Shown piece by piece: positions 44,794 to 56,306 of a stretch of 64,000 nucleotides of DNA (the stretch's first letter is position 1; every line of letters starts with the position of its first letter). The DNA is taken from NCBI GenBank assembly GCA_903904875.1, contig CAIVEC010000001.1, forward strand, positions 10,147 to 74,146. Direction: 5' to 3'. Position numbers and translations under genes: made by a program. Source of the DNA: an uncultured bacterium (GTDB lineage Bacteria > Patescibacteriota > Gracilibacteria > Absconditabacterales > Absconditicoccaceae). The notes beneath the pieces are model-generated. The model saw nothing but the letters and a program-made list of their open reading frames with translations, was not told the origin of the DNA and made no database searches.

Positions 44794-45906
44794 ATGTATG
44801 TGTCACGAACAAGAATGCGTAATATTTTCCTCTGAGGAATGGGAATAATTGTCCTTTTCCTAGCTTTTTTGTATTCTGACAATACCATGGTCGGTTTCTC
44901 AGAATTTAAATTTCTCTCAGGAGGAAATGAAATCGATACCTTGAATTTGGAAATCACCGGAGGAGATACGACCGGTTTCTCAGTCAAGATCTACAACAAG
45001 GAAGATATAGCTATGACCTATAGATTATGATTTGTCGATGCAGGAGTGACAAATGACTCGTTCGCGCAAAGCGGTTGTCTAGGCCAGCATGAAACATCGC
45101 AATTTTGAGAGTACGTGACAGGAGATACTTCATTTTTTACTCTCACGTCATGAAATGATGTCACCAAAAGTTTGTCAGTAACATTTCCGACATATTACAG
45201 CTGAGTATATCATGGATGTATTATGTTTTATCCTGTGATGACGGGAATAACTACCAGCATTAGCGGTAGTGAAGTAACTAATGATACGAACACGCTTCCT
45301 CGCAGAGGATGATTTATGGATGTACTTGTACACCCAAGTACGTTTCCTGTGGATGTAAAAGCGTTTCCGTCTAACCGTGTGTACCAAGCAACGAATAATG
45401 CCAACACATGAATATTAAAAGTCTATGATAGCAGCAAAACATTGATAGCAACCAGTCCTCTCTTTACGCTCAACAGCGCAGGAACAGGTGAAGCATTGAT
45501 AAGTGCTCCTGCAGGAACGTATTACATGGTATTCAAATGACAATCGCATCTTGCATCATATCTCAGCGGAGTGATCCTTGGGGGAACATGAGGAGAATTT
45601 TTGGATTTCACGACAGGAACGGATTTGTACAACACGCAACAATTGAATGATGCTGAAGATGACGGATATAGATATCAGACAGCAGGAGATCTCAAAAACG
45701 TTCTCGGAGATTATGACTTCACCATCAATGGAAATGACATAGCAATCCTGACCGCGAATGGATTCCAGGAATGAGGGATCAATGTTTTGGATCCAAGAAA
45801 TTTAAATGGCGATACCGCAGTCAATGCATCGGATATCAGTGTGATAGGAGTCAATTTTGCAAAAACCGATCCGTTCTTTTCGGACAACGGAATTTTTATT
45901 TGGTAA
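44794..45906 (+). CDS. membrane-anchored protein with C-terminal dockerin-like double Ca-binding motif
   Basis: Checked codon by codon. DYDFTINGNDIAILTANGF and DPRNLNGDTAVNASDISVIGVNF resemble dockerin repeats. Start uncertain (44794, 44815 or 44839). Confidence 0.65.
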
Positions 45907-45921
45907 GAGAAGATCCGGCGA

Positions 45922-47676
45922 ATGATGTGAATCACAAGATCAGCAAAAATCATTTCTCTCTTCGTACTCGGCGTACTCAGTATTTTGGGTATCGCAAGTT
46001 TTGCCGCTGATCCAAGTTTCAGTCTCAGCATAAGTTCTTGAACGCAATTGAAATTGCATTGTAATTATATAATGGGCGTAATAATCAATCCTGGTGCGGT
46101 AAGTTACAACTGATTTGATAGCACCGTAAAGTTTGATAGTGGATTTGCTACAATCACGCATATCTCTATCAACCCATTTTTTACGAGTTCTACTAACGGA
46201 TATATCAAGAGCGGATTCCTTTACAGAGCGTATGGAGTAAGACCTGCGTGATCCGGAAATTCCGTTTTGCAAGCTGCTACGTTCTGATTCAAAACCATAC
46301 AAAATACGCTGAGCACTATGCTCGAATTTACTACCCTCACCGGATGAACTATTATCTTCGATAAGAATACGACGGACGATGGAGCAGTAATCAACTCAAG
46401 TATTTCTTCACTGGATACGCTTACCGGAATAACTGATGCAACGTATACCTTTGTGCCATTGTCATGTATCGTAGATAGCAATGCACCCGGGATGTCCAAT
46501 ACCGATCCAAGCAATGGCGATAGATATGTGGATACAGGACATGTTGTTTCGTTTATCTTGTACGACTGGGCCGGACCATGAACAGCGGTTTGACCAGCAC
46601 CGTTAGGAACGAATAATAGGAGCCATTACCGATATTCCTGATTGAATGCCATCTTAACAAATTATCAGCCAGCACCAAGTACGGTAGATAACCAAGAATG
46701 AGTAAACAGCGGAAGCATCGTCGTCAATATTTCATGTCCGACCTGTTCCTGATCATGGGCATATACGTTCACGGCAGCGAATCTGAACATCACTACGTGG
46801 TTATGAAATTCTTCGATCAACAGATATACGCGAGATAGTAAAGACAGATGATACGCGGTGAATTTTCCTGCACCAGCCCCATATGAAATAGAAAAACTTG
46901 TTACGGTAAATGTGCAATGAGTGGATAATCCAAATGAAAACGGAAATATACATACAGGAAATTATTCCTTCTCATTCAACGCTCCTTCACTTCCAACAAT
47001 TACAAGAATAGCGCCATCTCTATCGACGAATATCAATCCAAAGATAGATCCGATTATTTTCCATTTTGAAGACGATTGGGCTGGAGTGAATCCTGATACG
47101 ATCAGTCTCACTATTCCAGAAATTTTATCTGGAAGTACCGTTATCTATACTGGATATACCTATTCATGATCTGATTTCACTATCATCCTTATCAACGGAT
47201 CAGCAGGAACAGGAAACTCTGGATGATATGAAGTATCCTTTACCCCGAAACGGGAATTCCCTTCAAATACCACCATTACCCTTACCTGATCTGTCTATGA
47301 TTATGCGGGCAATCATGGAATATATGCAGGCAGCTTTACCACAAGGATGAGTTGTGCCGATCGGTGATGTGCAGATATTTTTCAGCTTAATATTTTATGA
47401 TGAACAAACATCTGAAATTATCTCTTCACGTGATCACTGATTATCGTCACATGAACGAATCTCTCTTCGCCATATCCATATCTCACATGAACCAATAATG
47501 ATATCCTCATGTGCGGACGACCTTATACCTGAACAATCCTTACTTGAAATATCTGAATCTACGACAAGAGCGGAACACAAATCAATGGAAGCATGTTTAC
47601 CGGAAATGAGATTTATATCACGGGAATGGACGGATTGGATTTTATATTCAGCGGCGACAAAATTATCATTCAATAG
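45922..47676 (+). CDS. secreted protein with cohesin-like N-domain and Ig-like (Big_5-type) domains
   Basis: Checked codon by codon. Signal peptide. HFEDDWAGVNPDTISLTIPE motif. TAG stop. 1755 nt. Confidence 0.7.
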
Positions 47677-47691
47677 TTTTATTTTGGAAAT

Positions 47692-48378
47692 ATGATGATG
47701 AAAAAAATTCTTGGAATAGCAGCACTCATAATGATCCTCTGAGTCAGTACGGCGGCAGAAATCAGATTTTCTCCTGATAGTGGAAATATAGGAAAAGGAT
47801 GTTTAGTGACAGCGGATATTATCGTAAATACCGATAGTAGAGATATAGCCGCAACAGACATAATGATAGAAAGTTCTCTTGATTTTGTGGACTTCGTGCC
47901 TACGAAGATGTTTCCGTATTTTCTTCCTCCCCAAGTAAAAGATAGCATGATCCATATTGTCGGATTCACTATCGATCCCAAACATCGTGTCAAAGGGAAA
48001 TGAAGTATCGGAACATTGTATCTGAAACAAAAAGGATATGATGATAGCGATGGAACAATAAAATTATATTTCAAAAAGAAATGAGATACCACAGATTCCA
48101 ATCTTAGTGTCGCAGGAGGTATAGATATCCTCGATACGGTAGGAACAGCATATTATCAATTTACTGATAGCGGAGCTTGTGCACATTATGCAGGAGAAGC
48201 TATCAACTGATGAATAGCTAATGCATCGCTCAATAGCGTGATAACAAAAATCAATCGCAATCAGCGAATGCAAAAAATATTCAATCGAAAAACACTCATA
48301 GCGTTTGCGTGATTATTGATCGTGATAACATTTTTATTTCTTTATTATAAAAACACTAAGCAATGAAAAAAAAGGTAG
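47692..48378 (+). CDS. cohesin-like domain protein with C-terminal TM anchor
   Basis: Signal peptide, then EIRFSPDSGNIGKGCLVTADIIVNTD...IMIESSLDFVDFVP, then a C-terminal TM. 687 nt. Confidence 0.7.
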
Positions 48379-50885
48379 TACAGTATAAATTATGAATATT
48401 TGTATGTACTCTTCTCGGAGGAATATTTTCTCTCGTTGCTGGACAATATTATTATTTTGATACCTGAAGCACCAATTATCCGCTTCAACAATGATGTAAT
48501 GAAACCTTGAACATAAGAGCAAATACAGAATCTCATCCGTATGGAGCAAGAGCATGACTTTTACGTCTGCTGTTTGATCCGCTCCATTTTTCGTATTCCA
48601 CATCTTCGCTTGCCAGCGTCTTGCAGACAGATTTATTTCTTGCAAGCACACAGACATTTCTGATGTATACCAACCCTTCGCTTTCACCGACATGGGTAGG
48701 TACCGGTACAACTATTTTGCAGATTGATCGTTACAATCCTAGCAGTGATTATATCTGAAGTAATGGGCTGTATGGAACGTTAAAATTTGTACCGTTATAT
48801 AATGCAACTGATTATACGTGAACTTTTGCTATGATCTACAATGGCGATACGGTTAAAACATCATTGAGTATGATATGAGGTACTAATATTATTATTTCTG
48901 GACATCAAATACCTCGCCTTACATGATATTATTATATTACTCAAGCGCCTTGTGTAGTAGATACTACAGCACCTAGTGTTGCGATACTTGTACCAAGCTG
49001 AGGAACAAAACAATCTCATCTTAGTGGAATAGCACTTACGCTTAATGAAAATGGTGGATCAACAGATGTACCGTATGTATGGACAGGAGGAATTCCCGGT
49101 ATCGGTATATGGACAGGAAATAGTTGGGGACTCACCAACCAATATGGAGTGAATTTTGATACCTTCCAGATACGGATTTCTGGAAATGGGACAGGAAGAT
49201 ATTTTACGGGAGGAATGTTCTCTCCTTCGTGAACGCTTTCCACAGTGGCTAATGGAACCACATGGCAATTCCGCGACAAAAATTATACCGTAGATATCAG
49301 CGGTTCAGAACTCTTTGATTATGGTATAGAAAAACCGATTATTATCTCTGGAAATGTAAGAGACCGAAATAACAATCTCAGAACTTTCAGTCTGAATTTC
49401 AATCCTGCTGTAGGACCATGGCTTATTCCATGATCAGCTAATCCTGCATGATGAGCAACCTGGATAGGAACGGCAGTGCCGATACAATTGGGAATAGCAG
49501 ATGATTGGGCATGAGTAAACTCATGAACTATTCGTGTCACTATACAATGAATTTGATGAACGACATACTGACCGTATATTTTCTCATGAAACAATCTCAA
49601 CCTTTCTGGTGTACGATGAATCGCTAATCAGCCTGATTATTATATCACTATTTCCGGTCATGTTGTATTCCCTACATCATGAACTATCCAAGTGAGCGTC
49701 TATGCGGAAGACATGGAAGGCAATGCAAGCAGTATCTCTCCGTATAGTTTCTGAACAAGGCCGTCATGCGGAGATCTTGGATGTTGCAATGAGGTATATA
49801 TTCAGACAGGAATAAATATTCCGTTCCTCTATAGCGGATTTACCCTCAATGTTTCTGGTGGACTCGACGCGTCATTTACGATGAGCGGAAGTACAGGAAC
49901 TTTGTATTGTGGTACAGAAAATCAGGGAATGGATATCTACAGGTGAACAGAAGCAAATACCTGAAGTGCAATATATGTCAGCTACTTTGATCTGCCAAAT
50001 TTAGTTCTCTCATGACATAATGTCAAAGCTGTGCTTTCAGGAAAAACACTCTATCTCCAAAAAATATATGTACCGCCAATCACCTGATGATGTATAGGTA
50101 CTTGTCCTGGTGGATGAGGTGGTGGTTGATGATGAGGAAACATTATTAGAGATGATTGTGAGCTTCCAAGCAATTTTGAATGTGCAAATACTGGAGGAAT
50201 AGATAATTCCCCAAGTTATTATGATACCACATGTTGTGCTGCTCCTATGACAGGACACGGTGCAGCAGAGTGTGATATTTCTTTTCCAGCATCATATAGC
50301 CAGGAAATCAGTGAAGCATACCAACGATGATATAATCTCAATATTACGAACAAATGCCCTATCGTTGAAGCTCGTCTAGATGATACTATTGTGAGAAAGG
50401 AAGTCGCCAAAATGATGACGATGTTTACGATCCAGATCATAGGTATTTTCCCTGATACGCATAAAGCGTGATGTGACGAATTCACGGATACGAAATATCT
50501 GACCGATGAAATGAAATTCTTCACCAAGACTGCTTGTCAGCTTGATCTCATGGGACTCGAACCTAACGGAAATACCGTAAAAAAGACATTTGAACCTAAT
50601 GATCCTGTCGATAGGGCGCAGTTTGGTACTATCCTTTCGAGATTGATTTATGGTGACGTATATAATGTCTATAGCGGTGAAACATATCAACGATATGAAA
50701 AACATCTCCAAGTATTGTTTGAAGATGGTATCATAAAAAAAATACAGGATCCGTTTATGCTAGAAAAAAGAGCTCGAATATTATTGATGCTAAAAAGAAC
50801 TGATGATAGTAATTTCATCGAACAATACCGTCTTGTAGCTCCGGCTCACAACGGCGCACTTTCTCTCTTGGAAAACGTTTGGTAA
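48363..50885 (+). CDS. 840-aa surface protein: cohesin-like plus Ig-like domains, poly-Gly, Cys-rich linker, SLH-like anchor
   Basis: Checked line by line. Overlaps the previous gene by 16 nt. GIADDWAGVNSGTIRVTI. Run of 10 Gly at 50109-50138. DDCELPSNFECANTGGIDNSPSYYDTTCC. SLH-like end. Confidence 0.75.
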
Positions 50886-50925
50886 TTTATATATACAGAC
50901 TATCTTTATTTATTTTTTCTCACGC

Positions 50926-51549
50926 ATGAAAAAATCATTTTTCTTGGTTATTGTAGCATTTTCACTATTCCTATTTACCGGTTGTCGGAACAAACCATTG
51001 GATGCACAAACATGCGCATTGACATGATGAGTCGCTTGCTGAATAGCTGATCATAGCGATCTCAGCGGTTCTATTGATACTGTTTTATTGGCATTGAAAA
51101 ATCAGGATTTCGCTACATTAGCGCAATTCGTCTGACCGCAAGGACTCCGTTTTTCTCCCTATGAACATGTAAGCACGGGAACAGATATCGTTCTCAGTAC
51201 GGAAGAAGTAGCTAACGCATTAACGATATCCAGATCGTATATCCGGTGAGCGTATGACGGCTCAGGCGAACCTATCGACTTATGAATCTGACAGTATTTC
51301 GAGAAATTCGTCAACGACGCGGATTATGCAACCGCACCAGAAGTGTATCAGAATCAAAGCATCCAAAGAGGAAATACCATCAATAATATCGCTGAAGTGT
51401 ATTCAGGCAAACAATGGGTGGAATTCTATTTTTCAGGATTCGATGCTCAATACCAATGAATGGATCGAAAGAGTCTGACATTAGTATTTGAACAAGTGAA
51501 TAATGAATGGTATCTCATCGGTATCATTCACGGGCAACGGACTATATAA
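50926..51549 (+). CDS. lipoprotein (207 aa)
   Basis: Lipobox LFLFTGC. All codons checked. CGG/CGA sit at plausible W sites (SYIWGAYDG, GMDWKSL, HGQWTI). Confidence 0.7.
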
Positions 51550-51551
51550 CA

Positions 51552-51652
51552 TATAATTTTAAGTTTTAAGTGCTAAGTTTTAAATAAAATTTTTCCTATA
51601 TTTAACACTTAACATTTAGCACTTAGCATTGAATTTATTTAATTAATTTTTC
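51552..51652. repeat. core-less long hairpin of the same arm type
   Basis: ttttaagttttaagtgctaagttttaaat ... atttaacacttaacatttagcacttagcattgaa. Overlaps the last codons of rlmN. Confidence 0.6.
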
Positions 51653-52732
51653 ATATCCTAACTGACCGCAAGCTCATTTCATTTTTCTTCACAGGCTATC
51701 CCTGACGGTCACGGTAAGCCCTCCGTCCTCCAATATCTTCTTGAATGCTTGTATCGATGCGGCGTCGCTTTCTACGAGATCAATAGCAGGATTTTTGTTG
51801 TAAGGAATCAAGTTCACATGCGCTAATTTTTTTCTGAGCAAGGCAACGAGTTGGTGTGCAAGCTCCGGTTTGTCGGTCACATTTTTGATCATGATGTATT
51901 CGTAGAAAATCCTATTATCTGAAGCATTGACGTATTCACTTAATGCTTTATTAAGTTCATCGAGCGGATATGCTTTAGCGATCGGCATAAGTTTGTCGCG
52001 TAAGGTCTGATTGGGTGCGTGAAGTGAGATAGCTAATTTTACGGGAATCTCGTCTTTGACGAGTTGTTTGATTCATGGAATAATTCACGCCGTGGAAATC
52101 GTGATGTGTCTTCTTGAAAGTGAGAATCCCGCTTCCTGTCTGAGCATAATCTCGATAGCTTTTTTGACGTTATCATAGTTCAGCAACGGTTCTCCCATGC
52201 CCATGAAGACGACATTCCTTACGGAATATAAACTTCCGTCTTCCTGTTTTCCGAATTTCTGTTTGATGTAGTTGTTGGCGAATAATATCTGCGAAACCAT
52301 TTCGTCTCGGGTAAGGTTCCTTTTGAAGCCGAGTTTTCCGGTTACACAAAATAAACAACCCATCGGGCATCCGACCTGGGAAGAGATGCAGAGGGTGATT
52401 CTGTTCAATTTCTCTTCATCGTTCTTGTTGTATTTTTCGTCCTGCCGGTGAAAGATGATGACCGCTTCGATCATGTAGCCGTCGTGTGTCTGGAATCAGA
52501 TTTTGGTAGTGGTTTTGTCTTCCAAAAGTTTATCTACCTTCAAGGTGACGACAGAAAAATGCTTGTCCAGGTCTTCTCTCAGATCTTTGGAAAGTGTCGT
52601 CATCTGCGAAAAATCTATATTCTGGTTATTGAATATCTCTTGGTAGATCTGTTTGATCCTGAACGGCTGGAGCTTGCGCTCTTTGGCGAACGCTTGGAGC
52701 TTTCCGGCGTCTAATATTGATGTTTTGATCAT
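51635..52732 (-). CDS. rlmN: 23S rRNA/tRNA (adenine-C2)-methyltransferase RlmN (radical SAM)
   Basis: FRIKQIYQ, SSQVGCPMGCLFCVTG, GMGEPLLNY, ACGQL. Three fragments in one frame. 1098 nt. Confidence 0.9.
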
Positions 52733-52768
52733 AGTACGATATAAGGGTAAATATATTTTCAAGCGATA

Positions 52769-53413
52769 CTAATCGATTTTTCTTGCGACAAAACCCATCC
52801 ATGTTTTATTATACGGATCGGCAAAGATTCTTTTATTGATGATTTCAAATCCATGATTCTCGAGTGTCTCCTGAAGTTCTTGTTCAGTCCGATGTTTTCT
52901 GAATCTAATCATTCTTTTATTATAATCATGTTTCGTCTCTAGCCCTTCCCTGGACACCTCCGCTTTTGTAGTGCTCAAGAAGATAAGACCATTTGGTTTC
53001 AATATCTTTTTCACTTTTTTGAATACTTCCTGAATCTTGTCTTTGGGGAAGAGATGGATGAATGCACTCATATACACCGAATCAAATGTCTCTTGGAATT
53101 CATGCTGCAAAAAATCCGCCTCAATGATATCTGACATAGGGTTTCTTGTTTTCGCATACGTTGTCATTTCATGAGAAAGCTCAACACCAGTACACAAAAA
53201 CCCCTTATCATTGAAACACTTAACGGCTATCCCGACAGCGCAACCTATGTCCAAAACACTGTTTCCAGGCTGTAAGTATGTTGCGCAAATCTCTATAGCT
53301 TCTACCGTCATCGGGATTAAACTTCCGACACGAGACTCATACTCATCAGCAAGCGTATCATATGCTTGTTTGTGAATACTATCATCAGATTTATGTTTGA
53401 GGTTTCTTTTCAT
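52769..53413 (-). CDS. class I SAM-dependent methyltransferase
   Basis: VLDIGCAVGI motif I. 214 codons with no TGA. Confidence 0.8.
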   Translation of the reverse strand: MKRNLKHKSDDSIHKQAYDTLADEYESRVGSLIPMTVEAIEICATYLQPGNSVLDIGCAVGIAVKCFNDKGFLCTGVELSHEMTTYAKTRNPMSDIIEADFLQHEFQETFDSVYMSAFIHLFPKDKIQEVFKKVKKILKPNGLIFLSTTKAEVSREGLETKHDYNKRMIRFRKHRTEQELQETLENHGFEIINKRIFADPYNKTWMGFVARKID

Positions 53414-53430
53414 GGAATCAGCAACACAAA

Positions 53431-54582
53431 TTAAATGGTATTTTTCTCCGACCTGGTATCATCATTATTTTTCAGCAGCGTCTTTTTGTAGAATCGGCAT
53501 CTTTCTCAGCCGTTGAAAATCATGGACTTCTTCCGTGTTCACGATACGTCATCAGTGGTGAACTTATCATACGAGGTGATGATTCATCAATGCAATTTCG
53601 GATGATGAGCGAATAATTCAGTGATGGTGTAATAGAGCTTCTCTAGGTCATAGGTGTTCATCCTCAATCCGTACGGCGGATTGGAGACCATCGTTCATAC
53701 GAGTTCCGGACCGGAGATATAGTCAGCGATAGCTTTGGTTTCGAAGGTGATATATTTTTCCATTCAGGCATGTTTCGCATTCTCTTTGGCGATGCTGATC
53801 ATGGTCGGATCGATATCAGAAGCGATGATGGTATGTTCTTTTGTTAGCATCATTTTAGCTTTTGCCGCCTCAAGTTCTGCAGTGAATAATTTTTGATCGT
53901 ATCGTTTGAACTGCTGGAACGCGAACGAGCGGAACATTCCCGGTGCGATATTCTTCGCAAGCAATGCTGCTTCGATAACGATGGTTCCACTTCCGCAGAA
54001 AAAATCATAGAGCGGTTCGCTGAATTTCCAGCCGGATAAAAGCAATAATCATGCCGCTAACGCCTCGTTGATCGGCGCTTCTCCCGTGGCTTTTTTGTAG
54101 CCTCTCTTGTGGAGCGATTCTCAGGTAGTATTAAGCAAAACGGAACACATATCGTGTTCTATGTAGACAAGAATTTCTATCGGTTGTAATTTTTCATCTT
54201 CGATGACGAGTCATTCTTTGCCATTAAGAATTTTTTTTGTGATGGATTTTTTGACTATTTTTTGGATGGCTGGTACGCTGGTAAGGAGTGATTGTTTGGT
54301 AATAGCGGTGACGATGATGGGATTGTTCTGAATGTAGATTGCTCGGTCGATCGTTGAAATCATGTCGAAAAGTTTGTCGAAATCAGTGGTTTGGTATTGT
54401 TTCAATTCAAGGAATACTTTGTTGCCTACCCTGCTCCGGAGATTCATTTTCGCGATTGCAGGAAGCTCTCCCTGGAAACGGACCAGCGTCGGTCATGAAC
54501 CGAGCATTTTGTATCCAGCGATTTCTATCTCTTTCTTGAGGATGGACTCTAGCCCTGCAGCGCAGGAAATGGCAAAATTCAT
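53431..54582 (-). CDS. THUMP-domain RNA methyltransferase (RlmL/COG0116-type)
   Basis: MNFAISCAAGLESILKKEI..., DFFCGSGTIVIEAA, SNPPYG. NL(CGG)SR fits the family W. 1152 nt. Confidence 0.85.
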
Positions 54583-54589
54583 GAAACAC

Positions 54590-54716
54590 AATGAATAATG
54601 AAAGATGAAAAATGAATAATGTCGGATTTTATCGTGTATAAACTATTGTAGTTTACAATAGCTGATAAAAAACAATACAATCATTATTCATTATTAATTA
54701 TTAATTTTTCATTAAA
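54590..54716. repeat. intergenic hairpin element copy 7 (core reversed)
   Basis: Arms aatgaataatgaaagatgaaaaatgaataatg / cattattcattattaattattaat. Core tcggattttatcgtgtataaactattgtagtttacaatagctgat. Confidence 0.75.
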
Positions 54717-54787
54717 TTTGTAGGGATTTACGTCCTGATTTCTATCCGAAAAACTTCCTTGACTTTTTTTGTGAAATAGGTAATTTT

Positions 54788-56200
54788 ATGTTTCAAAATA
54801 AAAAATCTAAAATAAAAAAAGATATGATACAAACCAAAACATTTATTCGCGCTACGGGAAAGTATATTCCTGAGCGTGTCGTGCCAAACTCGGATTTTGA
54901 AGATCCAGAGAAATATGAATTCTTCATATCCAATGACAAAAAAGAAGAACGCTCCAATCTTGAAATTGCCGACAAACTTGCAGAAATCACGGGTATCAAA
55001 GAACGACGATATTTTGATGAGCATACGACAACTTCAGATGCAGGCTATCGTGCCGCAAAAAACGCTTATGATGCTTCCAGAGATGATCCACAAAAAACCG
55101 ATGTCTTCATTTTCGCTCATAATTTCGGTGACATCCGTTATGAAGAGGATAAGTTTGATTGTGTGCCCTGCCATGCAGCAAGAATCAAGAATAATCTCGG
55201 TGTAGAAAACCCTTATACGGTTGCTTATGATATCGCTATCAGCGGTGCTTGTTTGATAAGGGATCTCACGAAACTAAAGGAGTATCTTGCTTTGGGGCCT
55301 AATGATCTTGTCGTAGAAACTGAGAATTATGAGCTCACTGGTATCTATGAAAAAGCTCAGCGTGCTTTTTCTCTTCTTGACGTGCAAAAGGAAAGCTTAC
55401 ATCGGATTATTGTGATTCATATTATTTATGAAAAATTATGTCTTGCAGCCAAAGTAAAAAGAAGGCTGGAAACAGCTAATCCCGATGCGCTTGCTTTTGA
55501 TGTGCTTTTCGGCTGTCCTGGGTGGCTCCATAGTGTAAGCATTGCTGACGCATTCATCACCTCAGAGAAAGCAAAAAAAATCATGGTTATCGGTGCTGAA
55601 GCATTATCACGAGTATCTGATTATTCAGATCCGGATAGCCAGATCTATTCTGATGGAGGAGGCGCCATCTATCTTGAGGGACGAAAAGTAGACGTTTCTG
55701 AGACCCTGGATGATAGTTTTTTCATCTTTGCATCTGTGGGTGCCGGTATGAATCGTAATGTCATGGTGTACTCCAAAAAGTATGGCATCTTAGGTTATCT
55801 TGTATGTTCAGATACCACATCGAAGTATCTCAATCTGCTCTGGATGGATAGATCGTATAATTCTAAGATCGCTGGCTTATATCTCAAAATAAAGGGATCA
55901 ACTGTCTTTGGATATGCAAAAGGGAAAGTTCCTGAGCTTATCAAACAGCTGATGGACAAGCTTGGAATAAACATCAATCAAGTAATCCGCATGTATCTTC
56001 ACCAGGCTAATGAGACATTGGATATAGCAATGACAAAGGGCGTCTTCGAACTTTGTTGTGGCAGAAAAGACTATTCCACTGATCCTCCTACCCCTAGCTA
56101 CATCATTCCTGATGGGCTCGTTCCTATGACCATTCAAAAGTATGGCAATAATTCCGTTGCTACACTACCTATACTGTTGGATGAGTTTGGATTGCAGTAA
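54788..56200 (+). CDS. FabH-like beta-ketoacyl synthase III family protein with ~90-aa internal insertion
   Basis: ITGIKE(CGA CGA)YFDE, AFDVLFGCPGW active-site Cys, IGAEALS(CGA)VSD, HQAN, GNNSVATLP. 470 codons with no TGA. True start may be ATG 54824. Confidence 0.8.
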   Translation: MFQNKKSKIKKDMIQTKTFIRATGKYIPERVVPNSDFEDPEKYEFFISNDKKEERSNLEIADKLAEITGIKERRYFDEHTTTSDAGYRAAKNAYDASRDDPQKTDVFIFAHNFGDIRYEEDKFDCVPCHAARIKNNLGVENPYTVAYDIAISGACLIRDLTKLKEYLALGPNDLVVETENYELTGIYEKAQRAFSLLDVQKESLHRIIVIHIIYEKLCLAAKVKRRLETANPDALAFDVLFGCPGWLHSVSIADAFITSEKAKKIMVIGAEALSRVSDYSDPDSQIYSDGGGAIYLEGRKVDVSETLDDSFFIFASVGAGMNRNVMVYSKKYGILGYLVCSDTTSKYLNLLWMDRSYNSKIAGLYLKIKGSTVFGYAKGKVPELIKQLMDKLGININQVIRMYLHQANETLDIAMTKGVFELCCGRKDYSTDPPTPSYIIPDGLVPMTIQKYGNNSVATLPILLDEFGLQ

Positions 56201-56217
56201 AAAAACTATTGTTATAT

Positions 56218-56248
56218 TACTCCGGTTATTTACCGGAGTTTTTTTTCT
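56218..56248 (+). terminator. intrinsic terminator after the FabH-like gene
   Basis: tactccggt-tattt-accggagt followed by 8 T. Confidence 0.7.
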
Positions 56249-56250
56249 AC

Positions 56251-56306
56251 AAAAAAACCACCCCGCTTTGGAGTGGTTTTTCTCTATTTCAGTAATAAAT
56301 TTATTT
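56251..56306. repeat. 56-bp direct repeat, copy 1 (hairpin terminator plus stop codon)
   Basis: aaaaaaaccaccccgctttggagtggtttttctctatttcagtaataaatttattt. Identical except 1 nt to 56901-56956. Confidence 0.85.
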
